Notes: generated by a model not told the origin, from the letters alone. Shown: positions 12,993-25,387, counted from the first letter of the stretch. The stretch: DNA of 64,000 bases from Octopus vulgaris (GCA_951406725.2 OX597818.1:48918001-48982000); one strand, 5' to 3'. Translations and numbers: made by a program.

Positions 12993-13169
12993 TTTTGTCT
13001 CCGAGTCAGTGACCGCCCTTCTGTACACACACACCCAAACACGTGTGTGTTGCAGGAGATGAAGAGTTTTCCATTGAGACCACTGCTGCTTCATATGCTT
13101 GTATCCATAGACCCAACTCTTGTCACCAGTGATGATCCACATGTATGTATGTATGTGTGTGTGTGTGGC

Positions 13170-13468
13170 TTACAATCACAAGGTTGTGAGTTCAATTCCC
13201 AGTGACACATTGTGTCCTTGAGCAAGACACTTTATTTCACATTGCTCCAGTCCACTCAGCTGGCAAAAATGAATTGTACTTGTAATTCCAAGGGCTAGCC
13301 TTGTCACATTGTTAGTCATGCTAAATTACCCTGAGAAGTTTGTTAAGGGTACATGTATCTGTGGAGTGGTCAGCTACTTGCACATTGATCTTATGTTAAT
13401 TTCCTGAGCGGGCTGTTACGTTTATCAGATCAGCTGGTAAGCTTGTCGTAATTGATGGAGTGCCAGTA
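13170..13468 (+). mobile_element. SINE family D
   Basis: GAGTTCAATTCCC, TGTGTCCTTGAGCAAGACACTT; matches 32229-32550. Confidence 0.75.
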
Positions 13469-13553
13469 TGTATGTGCATATATACATAAGTATGTGTATA
13501 TGATTGCATGTGTGTTGTGTGTGTGTATATATACATATATATATATATATATA

Positions 13554-13583
<30 letters not shown>

Positions 13584-13584
<1 letters not shown>

Positions 13585-13910
13585 CATCATCATCATTTAG
13601 CATCCGCTTTCCATGCTAGCATGGGTTGGACGGTTCAACTGGGGTCTGGGAAGCCAGAAGGCTGCATCGGTCCAGTCTGATCTGGCAGTGTTTCTATGGC
13701 TGGATGCCCTTCCTAACGCCAACCACTCCGTGAGTGTAGTGGGTGCTTTTTACGTGCCACCCGCACAGGTGCCAGACGGAGCTGGCAAACGGCCACGGAC
13801 GGATGGTTCGCTTACTTGTCACCGGCACTGGTATCACAGCTGCAATTTCCATTGATGTTGATCGACTTCGATTTTGGTTCTGCTTTCTGATATCTGATTT
13901 GATTTGATTT
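13584..13910 (-). mobile_element. RTE LINE 3' tail
   Basis: (CAT)n tail and RTE 3' UTR. Confidence 0.8.
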
Positions 13911-14060
13911 TGATTAAGATAATGGAGGAAATCCAGAGGTAGTACTCATCAGCTGTTAGACATTAAATTATGTCTATTTATTTATTTTAAACAGTTCAGA
14001 TAATATATAAATTCATGTGTAAAGTATTAGTAATTTCTAGAATAGAGAAAGAAGAACAGT

Positions 14061-14186
14061 TTCTTACAGCTGTTTCAGCCAAGAGGTCACAATACCCCAT
14101 GTGTTATTTCTATCTTTTCAGTGTATTGTAGTAATCTGCAGATAAAATTAGGGTACTTGAGTATGCCTCTATGCTTCGTCAGAGAA
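14061..14186 (-). ncRNA. Type I hammerhead ribozyme motif (left arm)
   Basis: uucu CUGACGA agcauagagg..ccucuuggcu GAAA cagcug UA agaa. Confidence 0.65.
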
Positions 14187-14240
14187 TTTTATATGATAGT
14201 CCAAATTAACCCTATGAACTTCTTGGACTATCTTATAAAA

Positions 14241-14364
14241 CTCTCTGACGAAGCTTAGAGGCATACCCAAGTACCCTAATTTTATCTACAGATTTACAAT
14301 ACACTGAAAAGATGGAAATAAAACATGGGGTATTGTGACCTCTTGGCTGAAACAGCTGTAAGAA
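14241..14364 (+). ncRNA. Type I hammerhead ribozyme motif (right arm)
   Basis: CUGACGA 14245-51; stem II AGCUUAGAGG/CCUCUUGGCU; GAAA 14349-52; palindromic ACAGCUGU stem III; predicted GUA cleavage after 14360. Confidence 0.65.
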
Positions 14365-14682
14365 ACTGCTCTTCTTTCTCTATTCTAGAAATTATTAATA
14401 CTTTACACATATATTCGTATATTATCTGAACTGTTTAAAATAAATGAATAGACATAATATAATGTCTAACAGCTGATGAATACAACCTCTGGATTCCCTC
14501 CATTTTCTTCTTGCCATATAAATTAAGGGTAAAACCACTTATTACCCTTGCCTAATTATTATACTCAATGGGGTAATTGCCATGCAATAACCAACACATG
14601 TGTATTAATTAGGTATTCTACCAGTAGTATATTGGATAGATACTATCCCTTAGTTGGTTGGATTCACAACCTCTAACTCTCT

Positions 14683-14726
<44 letters not shown>

Positions 14727-14944
14727 GTCCACAGTCACCATGATAGATCGGTAGCCACTACACACATTTTTTTCTCTCCTTGTTTCTCTCCTTTTTTCTG
14801 TGTCCCTTTCTATAGAAGAGCATAGGCTTGAAACGTAAAAGACTTTTTCTATTACTGAGCGTTATACTAATACATCTGTTTGTTTTGTACACCACCTGCC
14901 TTCGTCTTTTGATTTTTTCGTAAACTCTCCCTATATATATATGA

Positions 14945-15200
14945 TGTAATATCAAAAAGTTACCGGACTAGTTATGTTTAATAAAAAACAACTTATTTAC
15001 TTTTGAAATAGTCACTTTGCACAGCAATACACCGGTACCAATGTTCCTGCCACTTTTGGAATCTAGCCTGGAAGCCGTTTTCTGTAAGTGAGTCGAGAAC
15101 CTTCTGTGATCTGTTCTGGATATTGACAATGGTGTTAAAACGACCGATCTTTGAGCTACCTTTACATCTTAGTGAAGAGATGGAAGTCAAATTTTGTCAC
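14945..15200 (-). mobile_element. mariner transposase 3' fragment
   Basis: GRFNTIVNIQ...FQARFQKWQEHWYRCIAVQSDYF is a mariner C-terminal motif. Confidence 0.75.
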
Positions 15201-15695
15201 CCCTTTTCAATGTCTGGCCCCCTCAACCGTTGCCTGGATTTCTTTCAAGATACCTTCTATTTGATGATTACTCATACTGATTGATAACAGCCACTGTTTA
15301 GATTTAGCATTATCAATATTGTATAGTCTTTAGAATTATATTTCGAATATCGCAGATGTAATTTAGAAACATTATTTCACAATTTTTTTCATCCTGTTTT
15401 CTTTACTGACTCTGAGTTTTCTTTTCCATTGATGTTGACAGTTGCACCACAAGCTAGAAATAGAAATCAAATCTTTCAAATGAAAGACACATTGAATAAT
15501 ATAGTCTTATTATCTTTGAGTTAAAGTCAAGATCATAATAGCTGGAATGCCTTTGATTGTAGATCTTATTGATCAGGATTAAGCAACAGCTGTAGTTGAA
15601 ATATTAAAATTAGATTTGAGATTGTTTTTTTTTGGTTTTTTTAAAATTTTTTTTACTTCTGTCTATTTTTCATTTTTTTTTCTTCTCTTTTTCAG

Positions 15696-16070
15696 TGGGA
15701 GAGACTACAGATGACTTCAGTTGAGAAAAGAAAGATAATCTGTTCAGTGACATTCCATATTGTTGCAATAACATGTGTAGTATGGTCTCTCTATGTGCTG
15801 ATTGATCGGACCACTGAAGAAATGAGACGGGGAGTACTCGAGTGGCCATTTTGGACAAAAATCATTGTTGTAGCTATTGGTTTCACTGGAGGTCTTGTTT
15901 TTATGTATGTTCAATGCAAAATGTATGTAAATTTATGTCATAGATGGAGAGCATACAACAGAGTAATCTACATTGAAAATATTTATGAACATCCATCAGA
16001 GAGCAAATTGTGTGAAAGTTGTAAGAAAGACTCATCTTCCAGTCTATGTGGAGATGTACAGCTAGCCTGA
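15696..16070 (+). CDS. MARCHF8: Terminal coding exon of MARCHF1/8-like ligase (two TM helices and cytoplasmic tail)
   Basis: Long polypyrimidine tract + CAG acceptor; in frame with the RING exon (KPFQE|WERLQMT); [24 protein letters not shown] and [28 protein letters not shown] are the MARCH1/8 TM signatures; TGA stop. Confidence 0.93.
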   Translation, partial: WERLQMTSVEKRKIICSVTFHIVAITCVVWSLYVLIDRTTEEMRRGVLEWPFWTKIIVVAIGFTGGLVFMYVQCKMYVNLCHRWRAYNRVIYIENIYEHPSESKLCESCKKDSSSSLCGDVQLA

Positions 16071-18830
16071 GACTTTCTTTTCATTGTACAGATTTTTTTA
16101 TAGGTTTGTGAAATTGTATATCTTTCAAATTTTCTTTTCTTACAGTTCTCAAAAATTGGTCCCAACAAGGTTTTTAACGTGATCACTCAAAACAATGTAC
16201 ATTCCAAATATAGTGCTGCAGTAACATGCAATTTTTTTTATTGTGTATGCATGTATGTATGTGTGTGAGCGTGTGTGCACGTGTGCCTGCACCTGTGAAT
16301 ATGTGTGTGTCTGTATGTATGTACGGGCCTTTACTTTTCAAACCTATGAGTATTTCTGTATATTGACAGAGAATGAATTGTTTATTTTCAATGTTCTTAT
16401 GTATCTGTGATGTTTTGATGATAGTTATGTCTATTTGCTTGTACATATGAAATATTGTTGACTATGGATGATTTGATGTCTGTTGGGTTTTTTTTCCATA
16501 GTTTATATAATTTGGTGTATTCAGGTAAAATTTTGAAAATAACATTGCCTTTTACTGACTGTTTTGGATTTAGTTTTTGTTAACAATTAATTTAATATTT
16601 TAAGTTGTTTCTTATCTTGAAGATCTTGTGTATTTTCATACTATTAGGATTTATTTTACTTGATCTCTGTAAAAATGTTTTTTTTGTTTTGATAATAATG
16701 TCCAAATGATAGCACAAATGCTTGGAGATTTTTAAATGATACTCATTAAAATTAATCTTTCTCTTAGTTGACTGAAATTAGTGCCAGTCTTTTAAAATAT
16801 TGGAATTTATGTCTTAAACATATCTTAAACATAAGACCCTACTAATTCCAATAATTAGTTTAATCTCTTAATAATGAATAATAAAGTACAAATAGTAATA
16901 AGTTATTATAAAACTCTTTGTATAATTCACTTTACCTCTACTGGTAAAGTTTGTCTAAATGATTTTCTTTCCAACTTTTAATCTTAAGATACCATAGAAA
17001 TGCCATTTACTATCCATAGTTGTTTTATATTTATGTCAGAAGACAAGAAGATAAAATTAGAATAACATCAATATTGGAAAAAGATGTTACAAAAACAGAT
17101 GTAGCATTATGACCATGTTCGGTCATTCAAATTGTAACATTTTTATGAAAGTATAACATTGAAAATTTGCAAATGAACCATATACTGTATTTGCTGGTGT
17201 AGATGATGCACCCTTTTTTTTGTTGTTGTTAAATGTATCAAAAAATGTGATCACATTACAGATGGGAGTCCAAGTGCCGTAAGCTAGGGATCCAGATGAG
17301 CATAAGGCCACAAGTCACAACCACAACAATTGTTACTAGTAATAAAACATTAAAAACAAGCCAAATGATCATGATTTGTTGGCAGTTGCATGGATGGGTG
17401 ACATGATCTCTCTGTACCTCCTTCCTCAGCATCTGTAACTCATACCTAATCTATGTCTTTTTTAATATCTGTGCTATCTTTAAGTATAATTTATTATCTA
17501 AATGAAAAAAATTCTCCTAGAAAGATGTAAGGTATACCAAAGCTTCATATCTGCCTGTCAGCTATTTGCAATGAGTGAATGGCAATTAAGCTACAGTGGG
17601 GCTGTGCACCACCCCGGTGGATGACAGTGGTAACACAAAACATTAAGCCAGAAATATGAGTTTTACGTTCTGTATGGCAATATCCTCTTGATCAAAGGAA
17701 GATCTGAAGTTTCAGTACGGTACTTGTATAACGTAGTTTATTTATGTTTATTTATGATAAATTTATAGTTTATATACTTTATTCCAGTATACTGTCACTA
17801 CATTGTATGTACAAGCACAGAATCATACATTTTCTTCTACAAAACCACTTTAACCCTTTAGTGTTCTGATTATTCTATCAAACATAATGCTTATTGATTC
17901 ACATTGATTTGAATTAATCATGCATTATCTCATATCTTCAAGATCTTGATGGTGTAATTACCTAATGTAGAATAGCATTGTAGGGTAGGTGTGAGAGCCT
18001 GGATCTGGTCAGTTTGAACATAAAACAGATTAAATATTTTGGCTGGATATGGCCGGTTTAAATACTAAAGGGTTAAAATATCTTTCAATGAGTGTATGCT
18101 GAAACATACTAAATTTGGTTTTTTTTTTCTTTCCATAAAATATACTTGTAAAATAGGGGTGCATCTTATACACTGGCAAATATGGTATATATATATATAG
18201 ATAGATAGATAGAAAACTGGTTGAGGGCAATTTACAACAGTCCAGTTGTTGCTGTATACTATAACTCAAAATAACTTTCACAACATTTCTGATGTTTACT
18301 TATACAAAATGGATTATGAACACAATTTAAGGCATACTTTATATTTAAACTAGGTACATTAACATAATTAAGAATGGCTTTTTTTTTTTTGTGGTGGTGG
18401 TGGTAGTGATTGTGATGATGGTGGTGGTGGTGGTGATAGTGATGGTGTGTTTATGTAATGTAAAAAGTTTTTATTAAAAGAAAAATCTTCCATACGAACT
18501 TTGGAAACAGTGTTATGTTTTTTTACTTTTAACTTGTTTCTTAAAAAGTAATTAATATTTTTTTTTCCTAAACAATACTATTTTTGACATTATGAGAACG
18601 AATATTTGAAACAAGCAAGAAAAGTTTTTCCCCCCACCTTTTTCTAAATCCAGTTTTAAAGAGAACATCTCAAAATGAGACATCATAAGCCAAAATTTTA
18701 AATGATTAGCAGAAATATAACATTAAAACTATTTACAGCATACATGCGCATGTACACACACACACAAACATCTAATGTAATTTGTATTCAACATATTCAA
18801 ATTTACCTGCAATAAAAGAGAATTAGTTGA
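16071..18830 (+). promoter_or_regulatory. Probable 3' UTR with candidate polyadenylation signals
   Basis: U-rich and nearly TE-free; AATAAA at ~16880, 17341 and 18811, ATTAAA at 18473; Pumilio-type TGTACATA at 16440. True end unknown. Confidence 0.5.
17854..18072. mobile_element. piggyBac-like MITE
   Basis: TTAA|CCCTTTAG...CTAAAGGG|TTAA. Confidence 0.8.
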
Positions 18831-19475
18831 GTTACAAAAATATTGCTAATTTCTTTCTACTCATTAAATGAACAATGATTTCAAATAGTAAAGATATTTC
18901 CATTGTATAAAATCATATATTGATGGTGTATGTGTGTGTGTGTGTGGTTCTGCAAAACTGGGAAAGAGGAAAGGCATTAAGAAAGAAGAAATGGAAATGA
19001 GAGAGAGAGAGAGAGAGAAAAGAGAAGGAGAAATTGAGAAGAAGCTGAAGGGAGTGAAAAATGTAACTAAAAGAGTGAAAAGTAACAATGAAACAGAGTG
19101 AGTGAGAGAGAGAGAGGGGGAGGTTGTTACTGGAAGAGAAAAAAAGAAAGGATTGGTGCCTGCAACCAAGTGAGATTGAAAGATGAGGAAATTACCGACA
19201 GGTGATGCTACGGAGCAACGGTAGCTACTAAGTCTTAATAACATATCACATGACCAATAGATAAGAGAAGAAAATGCAATACTATGCTTTCTTTTATGTT
19301 ATGATTATCACTTGTTTTTTTTGTCTTTATACATAAAACAGGTTTAAGAAAAATATTGACAAAGAAACAGAAAATAGTGTTTGTTTATTATTGATAAGGG
19401 CACTTAATGATCCCATTTTTAAATATGTTAATTTTTCACTCTTGCTCATGTATCATATTCTCATCATTAATTCGA

Positions 19476-19752
19476 CAAGTTTGGTGAAGTCTCTGCTCTA
19501 CAGAAGAGGTCTAATAAGACTGAAATACTTTAAAGTTATCTCCCATACTTGCTGAAAATATCAAAATAATATTTCTGAGCAACTAATATTGGTTTTTTTC
19601 CTCACCACTACTTTGGCAAGTATGATGAAGTCTTTGCTCTACTGAGAAGGTCTAATAAGAGTAAAATGTCTTTAGAGTTGCTTTGCTATACTTACCAAAA
19701 TCATCAAAATAATAATATTAATTAACAACTAAAATTGTCTTTTCCTCACCAC
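19476..19752 (+). repeat. Diverged tandem dimer, 141-bp period
   Basis: CAAGT..TGAAGTCT..GCTCTAC..GGTCTAATAAGA..TTTTCCTCACCAC occurs twice. Confidence 0.8.
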
Positions 19753-19825
19753 ATATTCATTTCCAATGCTCACTACACTGAAACATGCTAACATTACCTT
19801 TACCATAAAAGATATAATATACCTT

Positions 19826-20243
19826 TCATCATCGTTTAACGACCGTTTTCCATGCTAGCATGGGTTGGACGGTTCTACCAGGGTCTGGGAAGCCAGGAGG
19901 CTGCACCAGGCTCCAGTCTGATCTGGCAGTGTTTCTACAGCTGGATGCCCTTCCTAACGCCAACCACTCCGCGAGTGTAGTGGGTGCTTTTTATGTGCCA
20001 CTGGCACAGGGGCCAGAGGAGGCTGGCAATGGCCACAATCGGTTGGTGATTTTTATGTGCCACTGGCAAGGATATCAGAACTACAATTTCCATTTGATTT
20101 TCATTTTGATGTTGATGTACTTGACTCAATAGGTCTCCTCAAGCACAGCAGGTCGCCCTACGGGGTCGGGGCTGGTTATGCGAAACTGGTGTAGGATACA
20201 GCCATGAACTCACTTTATTTGTCGGGTCTTCGCAGTCACAGCA
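19826..20243 (-). mobile_element. RTE LINE 3' fragment
   Basis: CAT tail and RTE 3' UTR. Confidence 0.8.
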
Positions 20244-20935
20244 TTTGTATATTATGAAACCAAATATATATTTGGAAGGTGGGTAATTGGGGAGATTATG
20301 ATCCAAACAAAGTGACATCACCCAAGATTTTAACTGAACAACTGAAACAAGGATCAAACTTCACCAGACACATTTTATATAGATAAGCACAGGCATGGGT
20401 AAAAAGCATGCTTTGTAATCATGTGATTTTGTGATCACTCCCATTGTGGAGCAACTTGGGTGCTTTCTATTAGAGCCCTGGGTCAACCACTGCCTTGTGA
20501 GTGGATTTGGCAGATGGAAACTGTGGAAGCCAGACGTGTGTGTCTTTTTTCCTCCCTTCCCTTGCTTGGAAACTAGTGTTGGTTTGTTTATGTCCTGTAA
20601 CTTAGTGATTTAGTGAAAGAGACTAATAGAATAAATACCTGGCTTAAAAAGGTAAAAAAAAGGACTGGGGTTGATTTGTTTGATTAAACCCTTCGGGGCA
20701 GTGCCCTAGCATGGCCACAGTGCACCAACAGAAATAAGGAAAATATAAACATAAATTCACACAGTAACAATATAAATGTAAGTTTAATTAAAATATGAAA
20801 AATCAAATTTTAAAAAGTCCAAAATTATAAATGTAAACAAATTAATGTAAACGTAAACAAATGTTATCTTAAAACCAGATTTTGGGATTGTAGCAGTCCC
20901 TAATGTTTATCATTATCAATCAAAAGGCTTCCGCT

Positions 20936-21006
20936 GACATTTCACCTTTGACATTTCACCTCTGACATTTCACATCTAGTGATTTCCCCTTTGGCATTTC
21001 ACTTTT
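20936..21006 (+). repeat. Short ~13-bp tandem repeat (TGACATTTCACCT), about 5 copies
   Basis: Direct reading. Confidence 0.75.
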
Positions 21007-23129
21007 AACTCAGTTTTAGTAATGTCTCAGCTAGTTTTTAACACAACTTTTTACATCTGTTTTTATTTATATATTCAAAAACTTTTCGACATTTAACCCT
21101 TTAGCATTTAAACTAGCCATATCAGGCCCAAATGATCTTACTGGTTTTATATTCAAAATGGCCAGATTTGGTTTCTTACACTTACTCCACAATGTCATTT
21201 TAAAAATAAACAATCACATTATCAAAATCTCAAAGCATAGTTAATTCAAAACTGTGTGAATGCTTAAGTGCAGGCATGGTATCAGTGGTACAATTTCCAT
21301 TTGATTTTCATTTTGATATTGATGTACTTGACTCAATAGGTCTCCTCAAGCACAGCAGGTTGCCCTATGGAGTCGGGGCTGGTTATGTGAAACTGGTGTA
21401 GCATACAGCCATGAACTCACTTTATTTGTCAGGTCTTCGCAGTCACATTTGTATATTATAAGTGCAGGCATGGCTTTGTGGTAAAAAGTTTGCTTCCAAC
21501 TATTTGATTCCAGGTTCAATCCCACTGTGTGGCACCTTGGGCAAGTGTTTACTATTATAGTCTCAGGCTGACCAAAGCTTTGTGAATGGATTTTGTAGAT
21601 GGAAACTAAAAGAAGCCTGTCATATATCTATGTATATATCTCCTACTCTCTCTCTCCTTCTCCTGCACTTCCTCAGGTTGGGTAACCATGTATTTCCTTT
21701 GTGATAGTGCACCTGTCTCTGTCTTCATTCTTGATCTCTCTCCGGACAGATAACCTTGTACTTCCTCTATAGCAACACACCTGTTTCTGTCTCACTATAA
21801 CCTTTCATCATCTGACACAAGATCACCTCCTCCAATGCCCCCTCTCCTCTCGAAAGTTTCTTTTTTGTCTTGCAAGTACTTGGTGACCCTGTCAGTGCAG
21901 GTGCCACTTAAAAGCACCCAGGCCACACTGTAAAGTGGTTGGCATTTGGAAGGACATCTAGCTGTAAAATCATTGCCAAAACTGACTTCGCCTGTGCTTG
22001 TGCCACGTAAAAAGCACTAAGTTCACTCTGTTGGGTGGTTGGTGGTTAGGAAGGGCATCCAACTGTAAAAATCCTGCCAAAACAGTCACAGAAGTTTGGT
22101 GTAGGCTCCTGCCTGGCCGTCTCTTGTGAAACTGTCCCACCCATGCTAGCACAGAAGGTGGATGTTAAGTGATGATGACGATGTATGTGTTTCTCCCCCA
22201 CCACTGTAGTTATAAGATTTGGGGGGATAATTGATTACTGTTTCTAGCAGATCCAATGACCATGTTGAGGCTTCTTTGTTGGCATGATTCTGTCCTTGTC
22301 ATATATGTAGAAGATTCGATGCCATTTATGAATGTCTTTTGAGTTAGATTCTTCCTGATTGCTTACAGACTGTAATATGCTTGTGTGTGTGTGTTCAAAA
22401 ATTCTCCATTCTTAAAACGAAGGATAAGACAAAGAAAGGAATATGAACGTAAAGTGTGAGATAGATAGATAGATAGATAGAGAGAGAGAGTTTGTGTATA
22501 TATGCGGAAGAATCTGCTAAAGAGAAAAGAAAAGATGACACTTGGAGCATACAATACTATTAAAAGAAGAAAAACAGACAAACACTGCTACTGACATACT
22601 GAACAGTGAATGATATGCTAGAGAAAGCAGACAGCACATGACCAACAGATAAGAACAAATGTTCTTATTATAGAAATATTGTTTGTTTTTCTCTTATTTA
22701 TGGTTTTATAGTTGTAATTTCATGTTCATATTTAGTTTTCTTTTATTTTTCCTTTTTTTTTTCTTTTCTTTCATACATCTTGTGAACAATAGCTTTGTTG
22801 GTTATAGATTTCTTAATAGGCCAATCATTGGTTCATTCTGTTTCTGAGGACAAGGAATTGTCTGTGAAACTTGGATGGAACAAATATCACAAGGTGTTTT
22901 TTTTTTTTCCTTTATCGCTTTTCTTCCTGATGTATTTCTGTGTATGGCTCACAAGTGCACACGCACACACGTGTTCATTTTGACTGATCCAGTCGACTGT
23001 CATCCTGGAGTTTTCCCAACATCCATTTGGGTTTTTTGGATAAGGCACAGTGTAGCTTATCATCATCATCTCAATGATCATAAAACTCAAGTAATACCAA
23101 ATAAGTTATTTCATCATCATCATATTCTT

Positions 23130-23427
23130 TTATTTGTTTCAGTCATTTGACTGTGGCCATGCTGGAGCACCGCCTTTAGACAAAGAAATCAACCCTAAGA
23201 CTTATTCTTTGTAAGCCTAGTACTTATTCTATCGGTCTTTTTGGTTGAACTGTTAAGTTATGGGGACATAAACACACCAACATCAGTTGTCAAGCGATGG
23301 TGGTGGAGGCACATACATACATACATCAAGCAGAAGACACTTGTTCAAGGTGCCACACAGTGGGACTGAACCCAGTACCATGTGGTTGGTAAACAACCTA
23401 CTTACCACACAGCAGTGCCTGCGCCTA
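23130..23427 (-). mobile_element. SINE family B, internally deleted
   Basis: SINE B tail and head with a deletion at CATACATC|AAGCAGAAGACAC. Confidence 0.8.
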
Positions 23428-23544
23428 ATATATATATACATATGTTAATGCAATTGAAACAATTGTTGGATTTTTAAGGTGTGATCTAAAATAAAGATAT
23501 AATTTTCTTCATACATATCATTTGTTGTTGTACATATATATATA

Positions 23545-24168
23545 TCATCATCATCATCGTTTAACGTCCGTTCTCCATGCTAGCATTGGTTGGACAGTTT
23601 GACTGGGGTCTGGCAAGCCATGAGGCTGCACCAGACTCCAATCTGATCTGGCAGTGTTTCTACAGCTGGATGCCCTTCCTAACGCCAACCACTCCAAGAG
23701 TGTAGTGGGTGCTTTTTACATGCTACCAGCACGGAAACCTGTCATGGCGGCACTGGCATCGGCCACATATGGATGGTGCTTTTTAGGTGTCAGGGTAGGC
23801 TAGCAATAACCATGAACGGTTGGTGCTTTTTATGTGCCACTGGCACGGAAGCCAGTCAAGGCGGCGCTGGCATCGGCCACGTATGGATGGTGCTTTTTAG
23901 GTGCCAGAGTAGGCTGGCAACGGCCATGAACAGTTGGTGCTTTTTATGTGCCACCGGCACAGAAGCCAGTCAAGGCGGCGCTGGCATCGGCCACGTATAG
24001 ATGGTGCTTTTTATGTGCCAGGGGAGGTTGGCAACGGCCACGATCGGTTGGTGCTTTTTATGTACCACCGGCACGGAAGCCAGTCAAGGCGATACTGGCA
24101 TTGGCCACGTACAGATGGTGCATTTTACGTCACCGGCACAGGTATCACAACTACAATTTCCATTTGAT
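23545..24168 (-). mobile_element. RTE 3' tail with expanded ~118-bp tandem module
   Basis: GGTGCTTTTTATGTGCCACCGGCACGGAAGCCAGTCAAGGCGGCGCTGGCATCGGCCACG repeated 3-4 times. Confidence 0.85.
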
Positions 24169-24322
24169 TATACACACACACACACACACACATTGATTTA
24201 TGTTGGACAAATGAGAAAGGAGTGCTCAGTGATGCAAAGGATATGGTTCTTCTACTGGAACTGAAGCTGAGAGTTTGTTTCACGACTTGAATTTCGTGCC
24301 ACTGAAACTTGGGCTACTAGAC

Positions 24323-24942
24323 CAGGCCTGGTCAACTCGAATTACAATGTGGACCACTTTAATCACAGAAAGCTTTTTGAGGGCCGTTTGTATTCTTTAT
24401 GCTCCAATGATCAAATAATCAAATTACAGAATCAAAAATTTTTCATAAATTTCGTTTGTTTGAAATTATAAAATTGTAGGCTATTGCTTTGTTGCCACTT
24501 ATAAATTTTTAATTTCTTTTGAATAACTGCTAAGTTATGGGGACATAAACACACCAACATTGGTTGTCAAGCGATGGTGGTGGAGGTACATACACATACA
24601 TGCATACATCAAGCAGAAGACACTTGTTCAAGGTGCCACACAGTGGGACTGAACCCAGTACCATGTGGTTGGTAAACAACCTTCTTACCACACAGAAGTG
24701 CCTGCTCCTAATAATATATATATATATATATTATTAGGAGCAGGCATATATATATATATATATATATGTTAATGCAATTGAAACAATTGTTGGATTTTTA
24801 AGGTGTAATCTAAAATAAAGATATTGCACAAGCAATTTTATTTTGAAATTAAACACAATACTTCAAGAAAGTATCAAGTGGGTTGCAAAATAAAAATCTG
24901 CAGGCTGCATGCGGCCCACGGGCCTCAGGTTCGCCAGCCCTG
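24323..24942. mobile_element. hAT non-autonomous element with captured local sequence
   Basis: CAGGCCTGGTCAAC / GTTCGCCAGCCCTG TIRs; TACTAGAC 8-bp TSD at 24315-22 and 24943-50; subterminal GCGGCCC motifs. Confidence 0.85.
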
Positions 24943-25066
24943 TACTAGACAAAGTTTCAGTCTCTATAAGAAAAATTATATGCATATACAATAAGCTGTT
25001 TATTCTGTATCTTTCTATATACAAAATTTCATTTAGAAGTCATTGCTAACCCAAAGCTACAGTTAA

Positions 25067-25287
25067 CCCTTTAGTGTTCGTATTATTCTGCCAAAATTAA
25101 TGCTTTTTCATCCACATTGTTTTGAATTAATCATGCATTATTTCGTAGCTAGGAGATTTTGATGAGGAAGCTGTTAATTTTTTAAAAGATATTGTAAGGT
25201 TGGTGTGAGAGACCAGATCTGGCCAGTTTGAACATAAAACAGGCAGAATACTTTTGGCCGGATATGGCCGGTTTAAATGCTAAAGGG
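25067..25287. mobile_element. piggyBac-like MITE
   Basis: TTAA|CCCTTTAG...CTAAAGGG|TTAA; same family as 17854 and 59398. Confidence 0.8.
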
Positions 25288-25387
25288 TTAAAGACACTCA
25301 AGGTGCCAAGCAGTAGGATTGAACCCAGAACCACATGGTTGTGAAGTGAACTTCTTAGCTTCACAGCTGTGTTTGCACTTAGTTATA

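Larger units (their letters stand above)
13916..14510. repeat. Fold-back element (~290-bp arms, ~18-bp loop), probably Penelope-LTR derived
   Basis: Arms are reverse-complementary along their length around 14204-14222. Confidence 0.9.
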
